From: an uncultured Chloroflexia bacterium | Lineage (GTDB): Bacteria; Chloroflexota; Anaerolineae; CG2-30-64-16 | Assembly (NCBI GenBank): GCA_963810095.1 | Contig: CAWEMM010000009.1 | Location: 448,001-512,000, forward strand | Direction: 5' to 3' | Length of the DNA: 64,000 nucleotides | Part shown: piece by piece, positions 48,874 to 59,591 of the stretch | Layout of the letters: each line of letters opens with the position of its first letter | Position numbering within the stretch: the stretch's first letter is position 1 | The notes under the pieces: generated by a model | The model's input: only the letters and a program-made list of their open reading frames with translations | Told to the model about the DNA's origin: nothing | Database searches by the model: none | Program-made: the position numbers and the translations under genes

Positions 48874-50335
48874 TTAGGCCTGATACGTTCGCGCCGTGAC
48901 GTCGCCGCCGCGCCCGGTCCAGTTTGTGTGGAAGAATTGACCCCGGGGCGAATCGGTGCGCTCGTAGGTGTGGGCGCCGAAGTAGTCGCGCTGCGCCTGG
49001 ATCAGGTTCGCGGGCAGCCGCCCGCTGCGGTAGCCGTCGAGGAACGCCGAGCGCGCTGCTGAGTGCAGGAACCGGAACGCCGATCTGCACCGCTGCCGAG
49101 ACAACCCGCCGCCATGCCGGCAGCGCCTGCAACATCGCGTCCCGGAAGTACGGGGCCAGCAGGAGGTTGACGAGCGTGGGGTCCGCGACGAACGCGTCGC
49201 GGATGTCGTCCAGGAAGGCCGCGCGGATCACGCAGCCGCCGCGCCACATGAGTGCAATCCCGCCCAAGTTGAGTTGCCAGCCGTAATTCCGGGCGGCCGC
49301 CTGCATGAGCATGAAGCCCTGTGCGTAGGAGACGATCTTGGCGGCATAGACTGCTTGCTCAAGGTCTGCAAGAAACGCTTGGGCATCGCCCGTGAGCCGC
49401 TCGTATCCGCCTCCCAGCGCCTCTGCTGCGACGCGGCGTTCGTCGACGAGCGCGGAGAGGAAGCGGGCAAAAACGGCCTCGCCGATCAGGGTGAGCGGGG
49501 TGCTCTGATCCAACGCGGAGACGACGGTCCACTTGCCCGTGCCCTTTTGTCCGGCGCTGTCGAGGATGTAGTCGACCACTGCTTCGTCTTTTTCGTCGCG
49601 GTACGCCAGGATGTCTCGGGCAATCTCGATGAGGTACGACTCGAGCTGGCGGCTGTTCCAGCCTGCGAAGACCGCGCTCATCTGGTCGTTGCTGAGCCCG
49701 AGACCGTCCTTCATCAGCTGGTACGACTCGGCGATGATCTGCATGTCGCCATACTCGATGCCGTTGTGAACCATCTTGACGAAGTGGCCCGAGCCCGATG
49801 GCCCCACCCAATCGCAGCACGGTTCGCCGTTCGGATCGCCTTCAGGTACCTTCGCCGCAATGGCCTGGAGAATCGGCTTCATGTGGGGCCAGGCTGCAGC
49901 GGAGCCGCCGGGCATGATAGACGGGCCGTGGCGCGCGCCCTCTTCGCCCCCAGATACACCGGTGCCGATGTACAGCAGGCCCTTTGACTCGACATAAGCG
50001 ACGCGCCGGACCGTGTCTTCGAAGTTCGAGTTGCCGCCGTCGATGATGATGTCCCCGGGCGCGAGGAGGGGGATCAGCTTCTCGATGAAGTCGTCGACGG
50101 GCTGCCCGGCCTTTACCAGCATCATGACTCGCCTGGGGCGCTTGAGCAGCCCCACCATCTCCTCCAGCGAGTGCGTGCCAACGATCGGCATGCCCTTTGC
50201 CGGCCCGTCCACGAACTCGTCGACCACCGAGTGCGTTCGATTGTAGACGGCGACTGTGAAGCCATGATCGGCCATGTTCATCACGAGGTTCTGGCCCATG
50301 ACGGCCAGGCCAATGAGTGCGATGTCTGCCTGCAT
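48874..50335 (-). CDS. gnd: 6-phosphogluconate dehydrogenase, NADP-dependent, decarboxylating (frameshift near 49050)
   Basis: IGLAVMGQN; GVSGGEEGA; [13 protein letters not shown]; QKGTGKW; [14 protein letters not shown]. Confidence 0.95.
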
Positions 50336-50438
50336 TTTTGAATCCTTTCCGGATCGTGCGTGCGATATGAGGCATTGTAGTGGCGCGGGGAGATGCGGTC
50401 AAAAGTGTGGGTGGACCGAGCCAGGCTTCACATGCGAT

Positions 50439-50523
50439 CGACAAGAACGACAAGGGGCACAAAGGCTATCTCGAAAACTCGGGACGTTTGTGCCGCCTTG
50501 CGTCTTGGTGTCTCTGTGGTGAA
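50439..50523. repeat. CACAAAG/CACAGAG periodic inverted repeat (degenerate)
   Basis: gacaaggggcacaaag ... tttgtgccgccttgcgtcttggtgtctctgtggtgaa. Confidence 0.65.
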
Positions 50524-50528
50524 GACGA

Positions 50529-53270
50529 CTAGCGCCGCCCGAGATACCGGACCATGTCGTCCAGCATCAACGCGGCCAGCGGGTTGCTCTGCAGCTGGCG
50601 GCTGAGCCGGAAGGTACTGCCCATGAAGCGACCTTGGCCCATGGGGCGTTCGCCCACCAGCGCGACGGTCGAATGCAGCCAGCCCACCGCGAGCCCCGCG
50701 TGCACCTGCGTCGCGTACTCATAAGCCCGAAAGTTCTTCAGCACGTGTTCGGGGGTCAGGCCGTAGTACATGAAGTCCACGAGGCCGTCTCCCGGCAGGC
50801 TGCGGAACACACGGTCACGGTTCACCCACAACAGCGTGCTGGCCCAGTTGCCCTCCCACACTTCGTCTTCGCGTTCCTCGAGCCCGATGCCCGCCAAATA
50901 GGTGCGCCGCGATTTCTTGGTCTCGGCGAGCCAAAGCAGGCGCGAGCCACCAAGCACATGCTCACGCAGCGGGTCGGTTGCGATGCGGGCGACGATGACC
51001 GAAGCGTCCTCGGCGCGCTCCGCGAGCGAGTAGCCGATCGCAGCCAGTTCTTCGGCCATGTCGGGCGAGTAGAGCCGGAGCGCGGGATCGGGTTGCTGTC
51101 TCGGAGGGAAGAACCAGAGCTCGTGGTCGTTTTCGCTGATGACCATCCCGTCGGGCGCAACCAGCCGCAAGACAACCCGATGCGACCCGGCGCTGCTGAC
51201 CGCGGGCACGGTGAAGCGGGCGGTCCCCACGGGCGCGACGGAACCGCGGTCCAGGGCACTGACGGCGAAGGCGCCGGCCTTTCCCCTCTCGCGCAGCTCC
51301 CATTCGACGCGGCAGCCCTCCAGCGAGCGGCTCGCGTAGTGCGAGACAAACACCCGCAGGCGGACTTCTTCCCCGCTGTAGTAGGCGGTGCGGTTCAGCT
51401 GGGCGAAAACGAGGTCGTCGGCGTTGAATTGGGGCAGCGCGGCGGCCACTTGTTTCGGGTGGCGGTGCATGTCGAGGACGCCGTTGGCTTCCCAGTGTAC
51501 GTCGGTGAACTCGGTGACCACGTACCCCTGAATCGACGGATGGCGCCGCATCTCTTCGATCTGCGCCTTGAAAGCCTGCGTTTGCAGCCGCTGGCTCGCG
51601 CGCGTCAGCGCCCCAAATGTGCCGAAGGCGCGCTGCAGGTGGAAGGTGCGGAACCGCTCTTCGACGCCGTGGGGGTAGACCACGCCTTGGCCCCAGTCGT
51701 GGCCCGTTTCGAACCACCACGGCTCATGCCCCCCATAACCGGCATAGAGCTGGTCGAGGTCGGGCAAGCCCCAGTTGCCGAACTCCGACACGACCAGGGG
51801 CTCGTCGCCCCGGCGCCGGTTCTCGAGCGCAGCCGGCCGCTGCGCCGCGTGCCAGGGGTCCTTCATAAACTGGCGCACTTCCGGATAGTCGCGGTACAGG
51901 TGCGCGTAGGACCACCAGGGCCGCTTGGCGAACATGGCTACCCACTCTCGCCATTGGTTGAAGTGGTCGGGCATCGCATAATAGTTGTGGAAGTCCTCGA
52001 TGTCTGTTACGACGTGCGCGTTGCCCCAGCACGCGGAGTTGTCGACGACGAGACGGTTCGGATCGAACCCCTTCAGCCAATCGTACTCGGCTGCCAGCCA
52101 GGCCCGCTGCTGGGGATCGGTGATGTCGAGCCCCCAGTTTTCGTTGATGATGGTCCAGACGACGATCGAAGGATGATTCCAGTCGCGCAGCACCATCCCG
52201 CTGACCGTCTCGCGGGCGCGCCGCGTCGAGGCGTCGGTCAGACGGGCGTGGTTGGGCAGTTCCGTCCAGATAAGGAGGCCAAGACGGTCGGCCGCGTCGT
52301 AGTAGCGGGGGTCGGCGACCTTGATGTGGATGCGCAGGCAGTTAAATCCCATGGCGAGCGCCTGGCGCATCTCCGTTTCGATGTACTCGTAGGACGGGGG
52401 CGTGCTGATCAGCTCGGGGTAGTAGTCCTGGTCGAGCGCCGCACGCAGATAAAGCGGCCGGCCATTGAGCAGGAGCTTGCCCGCGTGCGCCTCGATGGTG
52501 CGGAAGCCGAACTGCGCATCGAGCGTGTCGCCCGACGAAGTCACGGTGATGCGCGCGGTGTAGAGATTGGGCGCGAGCACGTCCCACAGCAGGGGATCGG
52601 GCGTCACAACATCAAACGCGGTCGATGGCGACTCCTCGCTCCGGACTACTTCGCCCGAAGGCGCCAGAATCTCGCAGCGGACGCTCTCGCCTGCCGCCAA
52701 CTCCTCGCTTAATCCGACCTGCACTGCGACGCGTCCCGAGCAGGCGTCGGGTGTGACGCGGATGCGCTTTACGTGCACCCGCGGGCGTAGCTCCAGCCAC
52801 ACGGGCTGCCAGATGCCCGACAACATCCCGTACCACGACTGCTTGCCGTGGGGTATTTCGTTGAACATCTCCGCGGAGTCTTCGACCCGAACCACGAGAC
52901 GGTTTGAGCCCGGCCGGGCGACCGCGGTGATGTCGAGCTCGAAGGGAAGATAGCCGCCTTCGTGCGAGCCGACGGGCTGGTCGTTGACCCAGACCGCCGC
53001 GAGGTAATCGACGGCGCCGAAGTGCAGCACGATGCAGCGTTCGGGTTGCAGCCAGTCTGCCGGTAGCTCGAACGATCGGGTATACCAGGCGACGCCGGGG
53101 TAGTCACGCAGCTCAGCGCCTTGAGACTGCCAGGGGGCAGGAACGGTGATGGGGCGTGCGGCTGTCCCAACATCAATCGACCCCGGCGCCAAGGTTGCGT
53201 CGGGGTCGGTCTGGAACAGCCAGGGGCCCTCGCGGCCCCCGTCAAGCGATATCTGCTGCCGTTGCGTCAA
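50529..53270 (-). CDS. GH2 glycoside hydrolase
   Basis: LHFGAVDY; HEGGYLPF; SGIWQPV; NHPSIVVWTIINENWG; VSEFG. Confidence 0.92.
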   Translation of the reverse strand: MTQRQQISLDGGREGPWLFQTDPDATLAPGSIDVGTAARPITVPAPWQSQGAELRDYPGVAWYTRSFELPADWLQPERCIVLHFGAVDYLAAVWVNDQPVGSHEGGYLPFELDITAVARPGSNRLVVRVEDSAEMFNEIPHGKQSWYGMLSGIWQPVWLELRPRVHVKRIRVTPDACSGRVAVQVGLSEELAAGESVRCEILAPSGEVVRSEESPSTAFDVVTPDPLLWDVLAPNLYTARITVTSSGDTLDAQFGFRTIEAHAGKLLLNGRPLYLRAALDQDYYPELISTPPSYEYIETEMRQALAMGFNCLRIHIKVADPRYYDAADRLGLLIWTELPNHARLTDASTRRARETVSGMVLRDWNHPSIVVWTIINENWGLDITDPQQRAWLAAEYDWLKGFDPNRLVVDNSACWGNAHVVTDIEDFHNYYAMPDHFNQWREWVAMFAKRPWWSYAHLYRDYPEVRQFMKDPWHAAQRPAALENRRRGDEPLVVSEFGNWGLPDLDQLYAGYGGHEPWWFETGHDWGQGVVYPHGVEERFRTFHLQRAFGTFGALTRASQRLQTQAFKAQIEEMRRHPSIQGYVVTEFTDVHWEANGVLDMHRHPKQVAAALPQFNADDLVFAQLNRTAYYSGEEVRLRVFVSHYASRSLEGCRVEWELRERGKAGAFAVSALDRGSVAPVGTARFTVPAVSSAGSHRVVLRLVAPDGMVISENDHELWFFPPRQQPDPALRLYSPDMAEELAAIGYSLAERAEDASVIVARIATDPLREHVLGGSRLLWLAETKKSRRTYLAGIGLEEREDEVWEGNWASTLLWVNRDRVFRSLPGDGLVDFMYYGLTPEHVLKNFRAYEYATQVHAGLAVGWLHSTVALVGERPMGQGRFMGSTFRLSRQLQSNPLAALMLDDMVRYLGRR

Positions 53271-53305
53271 GGCGAGAACTCCTGAACATGCTTATGGTGC
53301 AGTGA

Positions 53306-53343
53306 AACCTGGCGGGGAAAGGTTCTGCCTTTTCCCGCCAGGT
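53306..53343 (-). terminator. Stem-loop between the GH1 and GH2 genes
   Basis: acctggcggggaaagg-ttctg-ccttttcccgccaggt. Confidence 0.55.
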
Positions 53344-53381
53344 GATTGCCCGAACTGCCGAGTATAAACCGCGGATAAGTG

Positions 53382-54695
53382 CTACGCGGCCATCGCCAAC
53401 CCCACGGGTGCGGCCCGCAGCGGCATGGCGACCGGCGGGATTGGCCGCGCCATGTGCGCCTGGAACCGGTCCACGAGACCGGTCCGATGGCGGCGCAAGA
53501 TGCCGCTTTCGTCGAACGCCGCGTCGTACAGCCCCAAGTGGATCAGGTACTTGTTCAGCGGCTTGCGTCCACGTCGATACGCCCAGTCGATCATCGTGAA
53601 GAGCGGGAACCAGGTGTAGCCCACCACGGGCACGCCTTGCTCGCGCAGGCTGAAGACGCCGTTGATCGTCCCGTCCATCCAGGTCTCGCGGGCAGCGAGG
53701 CCGCCCAACGACGATGTCTCGGTGATCATGATGGGCCGCTCGTAACGGCTGTAAAGCTCGGCCGACGCGGCCGCCAGGTGACCGCCGTGGGTTTTGACCG
53801 GCTTCCCGATCATTGTCCCGTCGGCCTTCGGCGCCATCTCCTTCGCCGACCAGGGGTAGAAGTTCGCCCCTAGCACGTCATAGCTGACCGCGTGCTCGCC
53901 GAACCACGCCAGGTCGGCGTCGGTCAGCCCGTGGCGCCGCAGCCGCGTGAGCAGCGGGTGGCCGTCGCCTACCCGGCCCATGGTCAGGTCCAGGCTGATG
54001 AACTGCAGCTCGTTGCTCAGGCGCACGCGCTCTTCCAGAGCCGGCACCTGCGTCGAGTTGCGCCACAGTGCCTCGACCTGCACGGTCTGCCATTCCGGTC
54101 GCACCGCGCGAATCGCTTCCATCGTCGCGACGATGCCCCGGGCAAGGGCCAGGATCATTTTGAAGTAGCCGTCGTCGCCGTGGAGGTACGGCGGCCACAG
54201 CCCGTCGAAACCGCACATGCCGGCGTTCACGAGCGGCTCGTTCAATGGCGTGTACCAGTGGACCAGGTCACCGTAGCGCCGCGCCACTGCCGTCGCATAT
54301 TCGGCAACCGCCTCGGGATAGCAGCAGTTGATAAAACTGTTCTCCATCCACAGGGGCGTGCCGTAGTGCATGATGTCAAGGATGGGCGTGATGCCCTTGA
54401 CGTTTACCAGGTAATCGAGCGCGGCGTCGGACCACGACCAGTCCCAAACACCCGGCTTGGGTTGGACCTTGTACCATGGGATGCCCCAGCGCACGGCTTG
54501 CACGCCGCTCTCGGCCACCAGGTCGAAGTCCGATTTCCACTGCGCATAATGCTGCGTCAGTTCGTACTCATCGAGCGCCCGCAGCCCGGGCCGGGCGTGC
54601 GGGATGAAAGTATCTTCAATGCCGGTGGCCCAGGTAAAGCCGCCGCGAGCGGCGAAGCCAAGAGCATCGCCAATAGGGGGGAGAGATGCGTCCAT
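53382..54695 (-). CDS. GH1-family glycoside hydrolase (atypical subgroup)
   Basis: ATGIE; RWGIPW; TPLNEP acid/base; ITET nucleophile; GYTWFP. Confidence 0.88.
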   Translation of the reverse strand: MDASLPPIGDALGFAARGGFTWATGIEDTFIPHARPGLRALDEYELTQHYAQWKSDFDLVAESGVQAVRWGIPWYKVQPKPGVWDWSWSDAALDYLVNVKGITPILDIMHYGTPLWMENSFINCCYPEAVAEYATAVARRYGDLVHWYTPLNEPLVNAGMCGFDGLWPPYLHGDDGYFKMILALARGIVATMEAIRAVRPEWQTVQVEALWRNSTQVPALEERVRLSNELQFISLDLTMGRVGDGHPLLTRLRRHGLTDADLAWFGEHAVSYDVLGANFYPWSAKEMAPKADGTMIGKPVKTHGGHLAAASAELYSRYERPIMITETSSLGGLAARETWMDGTINGVFSLREQGVPVVGYTWFPLFTMIDWAYRRGRKPLNKYLIHLGLYDAAFDESGILRRHRTGLVDRFQAHMARPIPPVAMPLRAAPVGLAMAA

Positions 54696-54887
54696 CTGGT
54701 AAGCTGCACCTTGTGCACAAGTTGGGTGTGTTTGCGCGGGCGGATGTGCTGGCGAAATGAAGTGCGGAGGTCAAGTTGCAGCTTGACCGCTGGGGATCCT
54801 CACACGACACGCTCGCGCCTCTATGACGTCAGACTGCGTTGAAAAGTTCATGGTCTACACTAGACGATAGACATTACATTATGAATT

Positions 54888-56195
54888 TCATGGCGCAGGT
54901 TGCGGGCCGGTCAGCGGACCGACGACGACGGGCTTGCCGTCCTGCCAGTCGAGCCGGTTCATCCACATCTGGCGGCGGTCACCCCGACGCCCGCCTGCGA
55001 GGACTTCCCAGGCATGGTATACCAGCCAGTCCTGCCCATCGAGTTGAATAATAGTCTGATGGCCCGGACCGACGACCATGTTGGGCGGGGGCTGCATCTG
55101 GCTCTTCAGGATCGGGTTTTCTGGGGCATCCGTGCAGGGGCCCAGTGGGCCCTCGCAGGTAGCATAACCGACCGCGTATTCCACCCCGGCGTAGTTGTTG
55201 GCCGAGTAGAACAGGTAATACTTCCCGTCGTGCTTGAACATAGTGGGGGCTTCAATCACGCTGCCTTCCCACTGCTTGTCGTTGCGCACCAGGCGGACCG
55301 GCTCGCCAACGAGGCTTAACCCGTCGGGAGCCAACTCCTGCGCATAGATGTACGTAGGGATGCCGCAACAGTTGCCGTCGTTTTTATAGTACAGGTAGCG
55401 CTTATCGCCGTCGGCAAATGGATCGGGGTCGATCGTCCCGCCCTCTTTTGCCTGGCAGACGAGGGGCTTGTCCGAGGTATCCTTGAACTTGCCCTCAGGC
55501 TTGGTCGAAACCGCCGCGCCCACGCACTGCTTGTTCGAAGCCTTGTCCCGCGCAGTATAATACATCACATAATTTTGTGCAACTTTTGCTACTTCCGGTG
55601 CCCACACCAGCGATCCGCCCGGTTTGGCCCACTTGGCCAGCGCGGGCATCGCGTCGGGCAACAGCTCCCACTTCAGCAGGTCCTTCGATCGCCCGGTTTG
55701 GATGTTCTTGCCGTTGGCGTTGGTCGCATACGCATACCAGTATCCATCGTCGGCTTTCAGCAAAAACGGGTCCGCGAAGTTCTCCCGCAGGATGGGGTTC
55801 TCGAAGGAGGCTCCCGAGGCCGCCGGCGTCCCTGCTGCCGGGGTTCCGGGCGCCGGGGTCACCGTTTCACCGGCATTGATGGGTGGCGCCACCGCGGTCA
55901 TAGCAGGCGAAGTCGGCGGCACGGGCTGCGGCGTCGGCGACGCGCCGCTCGGCGTCGGGGTTGGCGTGAACGTGGCGGTCGGCGTCGGGGTGGTCGTCCC
56001 GGGTGCCGGGGTCGCAGTCGCCGTCCCGGGTCCCGCAGTCGGCGTTGGCGTGAAGCTGGGCGTCGGCGGCGGCGCAGTCAGCGGCTCCGTAAGCCCACGG
56101 TCGCCCGGCTGCAAGCCGTTGCAGCCCGCCAGCAGGATGAGGAGCACCAGCAGCAGAGCCGCGGCTGCCCGGTGCGAGATCGGCGTCTTCTTCAT
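54888..56195 (-). CDS. GH43 glycoside hydrolase lipoprotein with Pro/Thr linker
   Basis: Lipobox LLAGC; FADP; WAPE; IDP; IEAP; GPGHQ. Confidence 0.9.
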   Translation of the reverse strand: MKKTPISHRAAAALLLVLLILLAGCNGLQPGDRGLTEPLTAPPPTPSFTPTPTAGPGTATATPAPGTTTPTPTATFTPTPTPSGASPTPQPVPPTSPAMTAVAPPINAGETVTPAPGTPAAGTPAASGASFENPILRENFADPFLLKADDGYWYAYATNANGKNIQTGRSKDLLKWELLPDAMPALAKWAKPGGSLVWAPEVAKVAQNYVMYYTARDKASNKQCVGAAVSTKPEGKFKDTSDKPLVCQAKEGGTIDPDPFADGDKRYLYYKNDGNCCGIPTYIYAQELAPDGLSLVGEPVRLVRNDKQWEGSVIEAPTMFKHDGKYYLFYSANNYAGVEYAVGYATCEGPLGPCTDAPENPILKSQMQPPPNMVVGPGHQTIIQLDGQDWLVYHAWEVLAGGRRGDRRQMWMNRLDWQDGKPVVVGPLTGPQPAP

Positions 56196-56203
56196 GGCCG
56201 AGC

Positions 56204-57082
56204 CTAGCCCTTCAACCCGGAAGTGGCGACAGACTGGACGACATAACGCTGCAGAAAGATGTAGATCAGCAGCACGGGCACGGCCACAATCACCGCCCCG
56301 GCCATCATCAGGCCGTACTCAGAGGTGTACGCGCCCTGGAGGGTGCGCAGCCCCGGCTGCAGCGTCTGCACGGCCCGGTCCTTCAGGACGAGGAGCGCCC
56401 ACAGGAAATCATTCCATGCGCCGAGGAACGTGATCACCGCCAAGGTCGCCAACGCGCCTTTGGTCAACGGCAGCACGACCTGCAGGAACGTCTGGAAAAG
56501 GCCCGCGCCGTCAATGTACGCGGCCTCCTCCAGTTCGTGCGGGATGGTCATAAAGAACTGGCGCATGAAATAGACGCCGAACACGCCCGCCAGCGCCGGG
56601 ATGATGACGCCGCTGAAGTGGTTCAACATCCCCAATTGGGCGACCGTCACGAAGTTCGGCACGAGAAACATCACGCCCGGCAGAAAGAGCGTCGCAATGA
56701 GCAGGGTCCACAGGATCTTCCGGCCGGGAAACTCGAGCCTGGCGTAGGCGTAGGCTGCCAGCGTATCGACCGCCAACACCACCACGGTCGTGATCGTCGA
56801 GACAATCAGGCTGTTCAGAAACCAGCGCCCGATGGGGGTCTGCGGGTTGTTCAGGATCTTAGTGTAATTCTCCAGCGTGACGACCTTGGGAATCCAATAA
56901 ATCTGCTGGGTGAACAACTGCGACTTGAGCTTGAACGACGTCGAGAACATCCACAGCATCGGAATGACGATGATGATCGCCACCAGCACCATGAGCGCGT
57001 AGATCAGCACGCGATTCAAGGTCTTTCGTGCGCGATAGCTAAGGAAGCGGGGCTCGCTCTGAGCTGCTTTGGTCGTTGTCAT
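56204..57082 (-). CDS. Carbohydrate ABC transporter permease (MalG type)
   Basis: ELEEAAYIDGA; WNDFLW. Confidence 0.93.
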   Translation of the reverse strand: MTTTKAAQSEPRFLSYRARKTLNRVLIYALMVLVAIIIVIPMLWMFSTSFKLKSQLFTQQIYWIPKVVTLENYTKILNNPQTPIGRWFLNSLIVSTITTVVVLAVDTLAAYAYARLEFPGRKILWTLLIATLFLPGVMFLVPNFVTVAQLGMLNHFSGVIIPALAGVFGVYFMRQFFMTIPHELEEAAYIDGAGLFQTFLQVVLPLTKGALATLAVITFLGAWNDFLWALLVLKDRAVQTLQPGLRTLQGAYTSEYGLMMAGAVIVAVPVLLIYIFLQRYVVQSVATSGLKG

Positions 57083-57092
57083 CCTCGCGCTC

Positions 57093-58031
57093 CTACCGCT
57101 CCCGGCGCCGCAGCACCAGGTTATTGAGATACGAAAAGACGATCATAATTGCGGCCACGATGAACGACATGGCCGCCGCACGCCCCTGGAAAGGACGCAC
57201 AAAGCCCTCGTTGAAGATCTGCAGCATCACGGGCTGCGTCGCCCCGCCGCCGCTGGCCAAACGCGGGTCGCCGCGCGTCATCATCATGGGCTGCGCCAAC
57301 AGGTTGAACGACGCGATGATGGTGAGCGTGATGATAAAGACGAGCACCGGCTGGAGCATGGGCAGAGTAATGGACCAGAACGTGCTCCACCGGCCTGCGC
57401 CGTCAATCGATGCCGCCTCGTACAGCTCGGGCGGAATCTCCTGCAACGCGGCGAGGAGGATGATCATGTTGTAGCCCATCGTCCACCAGACGGTCGCGAT
57501 GACGATCGTCCACATGGCGTAGGGCATAGTCGACAGCCAGCGGGGGGTGTACAGCCCCAGTTGCTTGAGGTAGAAGTTCAGCAGGCCGCCCTGGCTCTGG
57601 AAAATCCACCACCAGATCAGCGAGATGACCGCAGCCGAGAGGACCCAGGGCGCGAAATAGAGCGCACGGAACGCATTTGCACCCTTGACGCGGGTGTTGA
57701 GCAGCAGCGCCAGGCCAAATGGTACGAGGATGAGGAACGGCACGCTGAGCAGCACGAACGTCACCGTGACCTTCATGGATTGCCAGAATTCACTCGCGGT
57801 GACCGTGCCGATGGTCAGCAGGTCTTTGTAGTTTTGGAGCCCAATGAACTTGGTCGCGTCGGGCCGGAGAAAGTCATATTCAAAGAAGCTCAGATAAAGC
57901 CCGCGAAAGAGCGGATAGCCAACGAACACCAGGAAGAAGATGAAGTGAGGCAGGAGAAACAAATAAGGCGTCAGGTTAGGGCGTCCGCGCCGCGTCACGG
58001 GCGCGTGCCTGGTCGTTGCTGTCGCTGCCAT
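57093..58031 (-). CDS. Carbohydrate ABC transporter permease (MalF type)
   Basis: FIGLQNY; ELYEAASIDGA. Confidence 0.93.
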   Translation of the reverse strand: MAATATTRHAPVTRRGRPNLTPYLFLLPHFIFFLVFVGYPLFRGLYLSFFEYDFLRPDATKFIGLQNYKDLLTIGTVTASEFWQSMKVTVTFVLLSVPFLILVPFGLALLLNTRVKGANAFRALYFAPWVLSAAVISLIWWWIFQSQGGLLNFYLKQLGLYTPRWLSTMPYAMWTIVIATVWWTMGYNMIILLAALQEIPPELYEAASIDGAGRWSTFWSITLPMLQPVLVFIITLTIIASFNLLAQPMMMTRGDPRLASGGGATQPVMLQIFNEGFVRPFQGRAAAMSFIVAAIMIVFSYLNNLVLRRRER

Positions 58032-58057
58032 AGATCTCGCTCCTGACTGGAAGGCCA

Positions 58058-58100
58058 ACACAAAGACACGAAGAAGTCAGAGATCTTCGTGTCTTTGTGT
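58058..58100. repeat. CACAAAG periodic inverted repeat (17-bp perfect arms) after the binding-protein gene
   Basis: acacaaagacacgaaga ... tcttcgtgtctttgtgt. Confidence 0.85.
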
Positions 58101-58112
58101 CGTGCCGTTACC

Positions 58113-59591
58113 CTACTGGTTCTTCGGCGCGCTGCCGTACGTCGTCGCGTTCTGCTTAAGAATCTCATTGGCGCGGGTCGCCGCGTCGTCCAGTGCCTTC
58201 TTAATGTCGGTGGCGGTGCCGTTCATCACCGAGCCCACCGCTTCGCCCAGCGGGCCGAAGGCATCCGAGATGCCCGGCACAGGGGGCGGGAAGACGGGGT
58301 TTTCGAGCGAAGGCGCAATCACAGCCTGCGGGAGCGCCTTGAACGCATCGCTGTTGCGGGCTTTGTTGCTTGCCGGAATGTTGCCGGCCTTCGCCCACTC
58401 GGCCGAGTTGTCGATCAGGTACTTGATGAGCATGCCGGCGGCTGCGTCCTTGCAGGGGTCGATCGTCTTCTGAACACCCAGCGCCAGGAGCGGACCGCCC
58501 GCCCACACTGCCGGCTGGTCGCCGATCTGCGGCACCGAAGTCGCTTTACCCGCGAACTCGACGCCCGAGCCCGTCAGGTTGCTCAGCTGCCAGATGCCGT
58601 TCCACACCATGGCCGCATTGCCCGCCTTGAAGGCGTTGAGTTCCGCGTCGACTTCCAGGTTCGGCTCAGACCACTTGGACTGTGCATCCTTCATCCACTG
58701 CAGCGCCTTGACGCCCGCGTCGCTGTTCCACGTCGCTTGCGTGAAGTCCGAGCTGAACTCGGAACCGCCGTACTGGTGCAGAAGCATCTGGAAGATCTGC
58801 TGGACCGGGAAGCCGCCCGTGATGTCGAAGCCCTTCACGTCCCCTGCGGTCAGCTTGGTCGCGGCGTCCTCGAATTCCTTAGCGTTCGTAGGCGGTGCAC
58901 TGATGCCGGCCTTCTTGAGCAGGTCTTCGTTGTAGAACATGGTCATCGCGACGAAGCTGAGCGGGATAGCATACCGCTTGCCGGCCACTTCGCCCGCGTC
59001 CCACGCGACCTTCGGGAAGTCGTCGCCCGTGATGCCGATCTGCTTCACGACATCGTCCATCGGGCGAATCAGGTTACGGAAGGCGGCCGTGCCGACCACG
59101 TCCTCGTTCACGATCAGCACATCAGCCAGCGTGCCGGCCGCGGCCGCCGTCTGGTACTGGGTCATGTAGTCGGACTGCGTCGTCATCGTCACCTTGATGT
59201 TCGGATTCGCAGCGTTGAACGCGTCCACAAGCTGGCCCATGAACGGGCCGTCCGGGCCGGTGAAGGGATTCCAATAGTTCAAGGTGACATTGGTGCAGTT
59301 GCTGGGCAGGGTCGCAGCCCCACCGCCGGTGCTCGTGCCCCCCGTAGCCTCGGTGGCTGCGGGTGCAGTGGTCGCCGCCTCAGTGGCGGCGGGCGCCTCA
59401 GTAGCGGCCGGCGCGGTAGTTGCCGCAGGCGCTTCGGTAGCGACCGGAGCCGTCGTCGCGGCCGGCGCGGTGGTAGCTGCCGGCGCAGTGGTGGCCTGCT
59501 GTGCAGCGCCGCCTCCCCCGCCGCCGCAAGCGGTCAGGAGCATGCTCAGGATGACCAGGACGGGCAACACACTTACGAGAAACTTCTTCAT
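58113..59591 (-). CDS. Oligosaccharide ABC substrate-binding lipoprotein
   Basis: AAGGAGG RBS; lipobox LLTAC; PAAT(T/E)A repeats; WNPFTGPDG; FYNEDLL. Confidence 0.92.
   Translation of the reverse strand: MKKFLVSVLPVLVILSMLLTACGGGGGGAAQQATTAPAATTAPAATTAPVATEAPAATTAPAATEAPAATEAATTAPAATEATGGTSTGGGAATLPSNCTNVTLNYWNPFTGPDGPFMGQLVDAFNAANPNIKVTMTTQSDYMTQYQTAAAAGTLADVLIVNEDVVGTAAFRNLIRPMDDVVKQIGITGDDFPKVAWDAGEVAGKRYAIPLSFVAMTMFYNEDLLKKAGISAPPTNAKEFEDAATKLTAGDVKGFDITGGFPVQQIFQMLLHQYGGSEFSSDFTQATWNSDAGVKALQWMKDAQSKWSEPNLEVDAELNAFKAGNAAMVWNGIWQLSNLTGSGVEFAGKATSVPQIGDQPAVWAGGPLLALGVQKTIDPCKDAAAGMLIKYLIDNSAEWAKAGNIPASNKARNSDAFKALPQAVIAPSLENPVFPPPVPGISDAFGPLGEAVGSVMNGTATDIKKALDDAATRANEILKQNATTYGSAPKNQ

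Noticed and set aside
117-50335. Frameshifts in about 12 genes read as pseudogenisation or programmed frameshifting
   Set aside because: They are scattered small indels, including in housekeeping gnd, with no in-frame stops, no motif decay and no shared slippery sequence. Long-read consensus error is the simplest explanation; read polishing would confirm.
54700-54887. AT-richer intergenic stretch between GH43 and GH1 as a riboswitch
   Set aside because: Only short hairpins and no recognisable aptamer; probably an internal promoter or terminator
59340-59500. Short tandem repeats as a CRISPR array or VNTR (also 1110-1220 and 55820-56070)
   Set aside because: They encode Pro/Ala/Thr lipoprotein linkers; no constant repeat-spacer structure and no cas genes
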